A stretch of DNA of 64,000 nucleotides from Macrostomum lignano. Its lineage: Eukaryota. Location of the stretch: the NCBI GenBank assembly GCA_002269645.1, contig NIVC01000061.1:620001-684000 (forward strand), in the 5' to 3' direction. The number at the start of each line of letters is the position of its first letter. Position 1 is the stretch's first letter. This document shows positions 60,738-64,000 of this stretch, one piece after another. The translations under genes were made by a program, and so were the position numbers. Below the pieces are notes generated by a model. It did no database searches. It was not told where the DNA came from and saw only the letters and a program-made list of their open reading frames with translations.

Positions 60738-62460
60738 GAAGGGAGAGGGTGAGGGAGAGGGTGAGGGAGAGGGTGAGGGAGAGGGTGAGGGAGAGGGTGA
60801 GGGAGAGGGTGAGGGAGAGGGTGAGGGAGAGGGTGAGGGAGAGGGTGAGGGAGAGGGTGAGGGAGAGGGTGAGGGAGAGGGTAAGGGAGAAGATGAGGGA
60901 GAAGATGAGGGAGAGAATGAGTGAGAGAATGAGGGAGAGGGTGAGCAAGAGGGTGATGGAGAGAGTAATGGAGAGGGTGAGGGAGAGGGTGAGGGAGAGG
61001 GTGAGGGAGAGGGTGATGGAGAGAGTAATGGAGAGGGTGAGGGAGAGGCAGAGGGAGAGGCTGAGGGAGAGAGAGAGGGAGAGGGTGAGGGAGAGGGTGG
61101 GGAGAGAATGAGGGAGAAGGAGAGGGAGAGGGTGAGGAAGAGGGAGAGGGAGAGGGAGAGGGAGAGGGTGAGGGAGAGGGAGAGGGAGAGGGTGAGGGAG
61201 AGGGTGGGGAGAGAATGAGGGAGAAGGAGAGGGAGAGGGTGAGGAAGAGGGAGAGGGAGAGGGAGAGGGAGAGGGTGAGGGAGAGGGAGAGGGAGAGGGT
61301 GAGGGAGAGGGTGAGGGAGAGGCTGAGGGAGAGGGTGAGGGAGAGGGAGAGGGAGAGGGTGAGGGAGAGGGTGAGGGAGAGGGTGAGGGAGAAGATGAGG
61401 GAGAGAATGAGTGAGAGAATGAGGGAGAGGGTGAGCAAGAGGGTGAGGGAGAGGGTGGGGAGAGAATGAGGGAGAAGGAGAGGGAGAGGGTGAGGGAGAG
61501 GGAGAGGGAGAGGGTGAGGGAGAGGGTGAGGGAGAGGCTGAGGGAGAAGGAGAGGGAGAGGGTGAGGGAGAGGGTGAGGGAGAGGCTGAGGGAGAGGGTG
61601 AGGGAGAGGGAGAAGGAGAGGGTGAGGGAGAGGGTGAGGGAGAGGGTGAGGGAGAAGATGAGGGAGAGAATGAGTGAGAGAATGAGGGAGAGGGTGAGCA
61701 AGAGGGTGAGGGAGAGGGTGGGGAGAGAATGAGGGAGAAGGAGAGGGAGAGGGTGAGGGAGAGGGAGAGGGAGAGGGTGAGGGAGAGGGTGGGGAGAGAA
61801 TGAGGGAGAAGGAGAGGGAGAGGGTGAGGGAGAGGGTGAGGGAGAGGGTGATGGAGAGAGTAATGGAGAGGGTGAGGGAGAGGCAGAGGGAGAGGCTGAG
61901 GGAGAGAGAGAGGGAGAGGGTGAGGGAGAGGGTGGGGAGAGAATGAGGGAGAAGGAGAGGGAGAGGGTGAGGAAGAGGGAGAGGGAGAGGGAGAGGGAGA
62001 GGGTGAGGGAGAGGGAGAGGGAGAGGGTGAGGGAGAGGGTGGGGAGAGAATGAGGGAGAAGGAGAGGGAGAGGGTGAGGAAGAGGGAGAGGGAGAGGGAG
62101 AGGGAGAGGGTGAGGGAGAGGGAGAGGGAGAGGGTGAGGGAGAGGGTGAGGGAGAGGCTGAGGAGAGGGTGAGGGAGAGGCTGAGGGAGAGGGTGAGGGA
62201 GAGGGTGAGGGAGAGGGTGAGGGAGAGGGTGAGGGAGAAGATGAGGGAGAGAATGAGTGAGAGAATGAGGGAGAGGGTGAGCAAGAGGGTGAGGGAGAGG
62301 GTGGGGAGAGAATGAGGGAGAAGGAGAGGGAGAGGGTGAGGGAGAAGGAGAGGGAGAGGGTGAGGGAGAGGGTGAGGGAGAGGGTGGGGAGAGAATGAGG
62401 GAGAAGGTGAGGGAGAGGGAGAGGGTGAGGGAGAGGGAGAGGGTGAGGGAGAGGGTGAGA
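60738..62460. repeat. 1.7-kb GA-rich polypurine tract
   Basis: (GAGAGGGTGAGG)n with variants. Confidence 0.95.
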
Positions 62461-63039
62461 ATGGGTTGAGAGTTTGAGAGTAAGGAGAGTCCAGTTTGAG
62501 GGAGAGCCAGACAGTACAATCAGAATGACAAAAACCACATTAAAATAGAAAGAGACTTTCATCCTGCTCTCTCTACCCCCATTTACTTGATTAATCTTTT
62601 CAACTTTATTTTTTCTACTCTTTAATGCCCACGCTCTCCCATATGAGTTTATTTTCTGGCATCCTGTCTCACTGCGGCTTCGCGACCTCAAGTGAACTCT
62701 GCAGACTGGACTGACCAAACTGAATGACTCATCTTCCAATTCATTCTGAGCTCATTGCTTCCTTTTTTAAAGACAGAAAAATTTTGAGCTGTCTGCAGCC
62801 GCGGCATCAATATGTGCAGAGTGGGGATCCGCCCCGCCCACACTGGCCTGTATCCCCTGCCCGTCTCGTTACCAACTCGTTACTCACGGCATGGCCACTC
62901 AATTATCGATCCGAGCCAATAGCCAAGCAAGTTGCCCAGCAAGCCTGGCGGCCTGGCGTCTCTTCTCATGATACTCAAGCAGCTTTTTTGTACTTTTGAG
63001 TTCGCCTGCACCGGCCCTGACCTTAGAGGCAGCTTCTCA

Positions 63040-63912
63040 GGAATTTCATCAGAACTGATGAGGTGTCCCGGAGGAATCTGATGAGGTGTCCCAGAGGAAT
63101 TTGATGAGGTGTCCCGGAGGAATCTGATGAGGTGTCCCGGAGGAATCTGATGAGGTGTCCCGGAGGAATCTGATGAGGTGTCCCAGAGGAATTTGATGAG
63201 GTGTCCCGGAGGAATCTGATGAGGTGTCCCGGAGGAATCTGATGAGGTGTCCCGGAGGAATCTGATGAGGTGTCCCGGAGGAATCTGATGAGGTGTCCCG
63301 GAGGAATCTGATGAGGTGTCCCAGAGGAATTTGATGAGGTGTCCCGGAGGAATCTGATGAGGTGTCCCGGAGGAATCTGATGAGGTGTCCCGGAGGAATC
63401 TGATGAGGTGTCCCGGAGGAATCTGATGAGGTGTCCCGGAGGAATCTGATGAGGTGTCCCGGAGGAATTTGATGAGGTGTCCCGGAGGAATCTGATGAGG
63501 TGTCCCAGAGGAATTTGATGAGGTGTCCCGGAGGAATCTGATGAGGTGTCCCAGAGGAATTTGATGAGGTGTCCCGGAGGAATTTGATGAGGTGTCCCAG
63601 AGGAATTTGATGAGGTGTCCCAGAGGAATTTGATAAGGTGTCCCGGAGGAATCTGATGAGGTGTCCCAGAGGAATTTGATGAGGTGTCCCGGAGGAATCT
63701 GACGGGGTATCTTGGAGGAATCTGATGAGGTGTCCTGGAGGAATCTGACGGGGTATCTTGGAGGAATCTGATGAGGTGTCTTGGAGGAATGTCATAGGGT
63801 ATCTTGGAGGAATCTGATGAGGTGTCTTGGAGGAATGTCATAGGGTATCTTGGAGGAATCTGATGGGTGAAACTGGAGGAATGTCATAGGGTATCTTGGA
63901 GGAATCTGATGG
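63040..63912. repeat. 23-bp minisatellite
   Basis: CTGATGAGGTGTCCCGGAGGAAT. Confidence 0.95.
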
Positions 63913-64000
63913 TTTAACTGATCCGAATTCCCTCTAAGATTTTATTTTATAATGTTTTTTTTAAACAACTCGATAGTTACAAGCCGTAAGAAGCTACTCA

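Noticed and set aside
60394-62739. 781/639/536-aa Ser-Pro-Leu and Arg-Glu ORFs
   Set aside because: Translation of a GA-rich low-complexity tract; only 60402-60511 looks like a real exon.
63023-63841. 272/248-aa ORFs
   Set aside because: 23-bp tandem repeat translation.

Overview
Eukaryotic (invertebrate metazoan) genomic DNA with GC3-rich exons, AT-rich introns and very dense intronic mini/microsatellites. The style suggests a Macrostomum-like flatworm (inference only). Genes reconstructed by hand from GT-AG junctions and protein motifs: (1) 5'-truncated PDE2-type cyclic-nucleotide phosphodiesterase (+, 19-7392); (2) LCAT/lysosomal phospholipase A2-like lipase (+, 10336-15565), with (3) an intronless secreted Gly/Tyr-rich gene nested antisense in its intron 2; (4) tropomyosin (+, 18953-32383) with two first exons, two interleaved middle exon tracks with staggered intron positions, three exon-8 and two exon-9 variants; (5) EF-hand rhomboid protease (-, 35493-41064); (6) a secreted PAN-like plus LamG/ConA-like protein (+, 43718-44789); (7) a small uncharacterised spliced gene (-, about 45254-47333); (8) a two-LIM-domain protein (-, 48095 to at least 60511). 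Mobile DNA: a 1.5-kb foldback element with 618-bp arms, a hAT-like MITE, a small hairpin element and an RTE-like LINE 3' fragment. The most unusual signals are the reading-frame-locked dual-track tropomyosin cassette and several minisatellites whose unit is a copy of the adjacent splice junction. No rRNA, tRNA or CRISPR array is supported; most long ORFs in the track are translations of tandem repeats.
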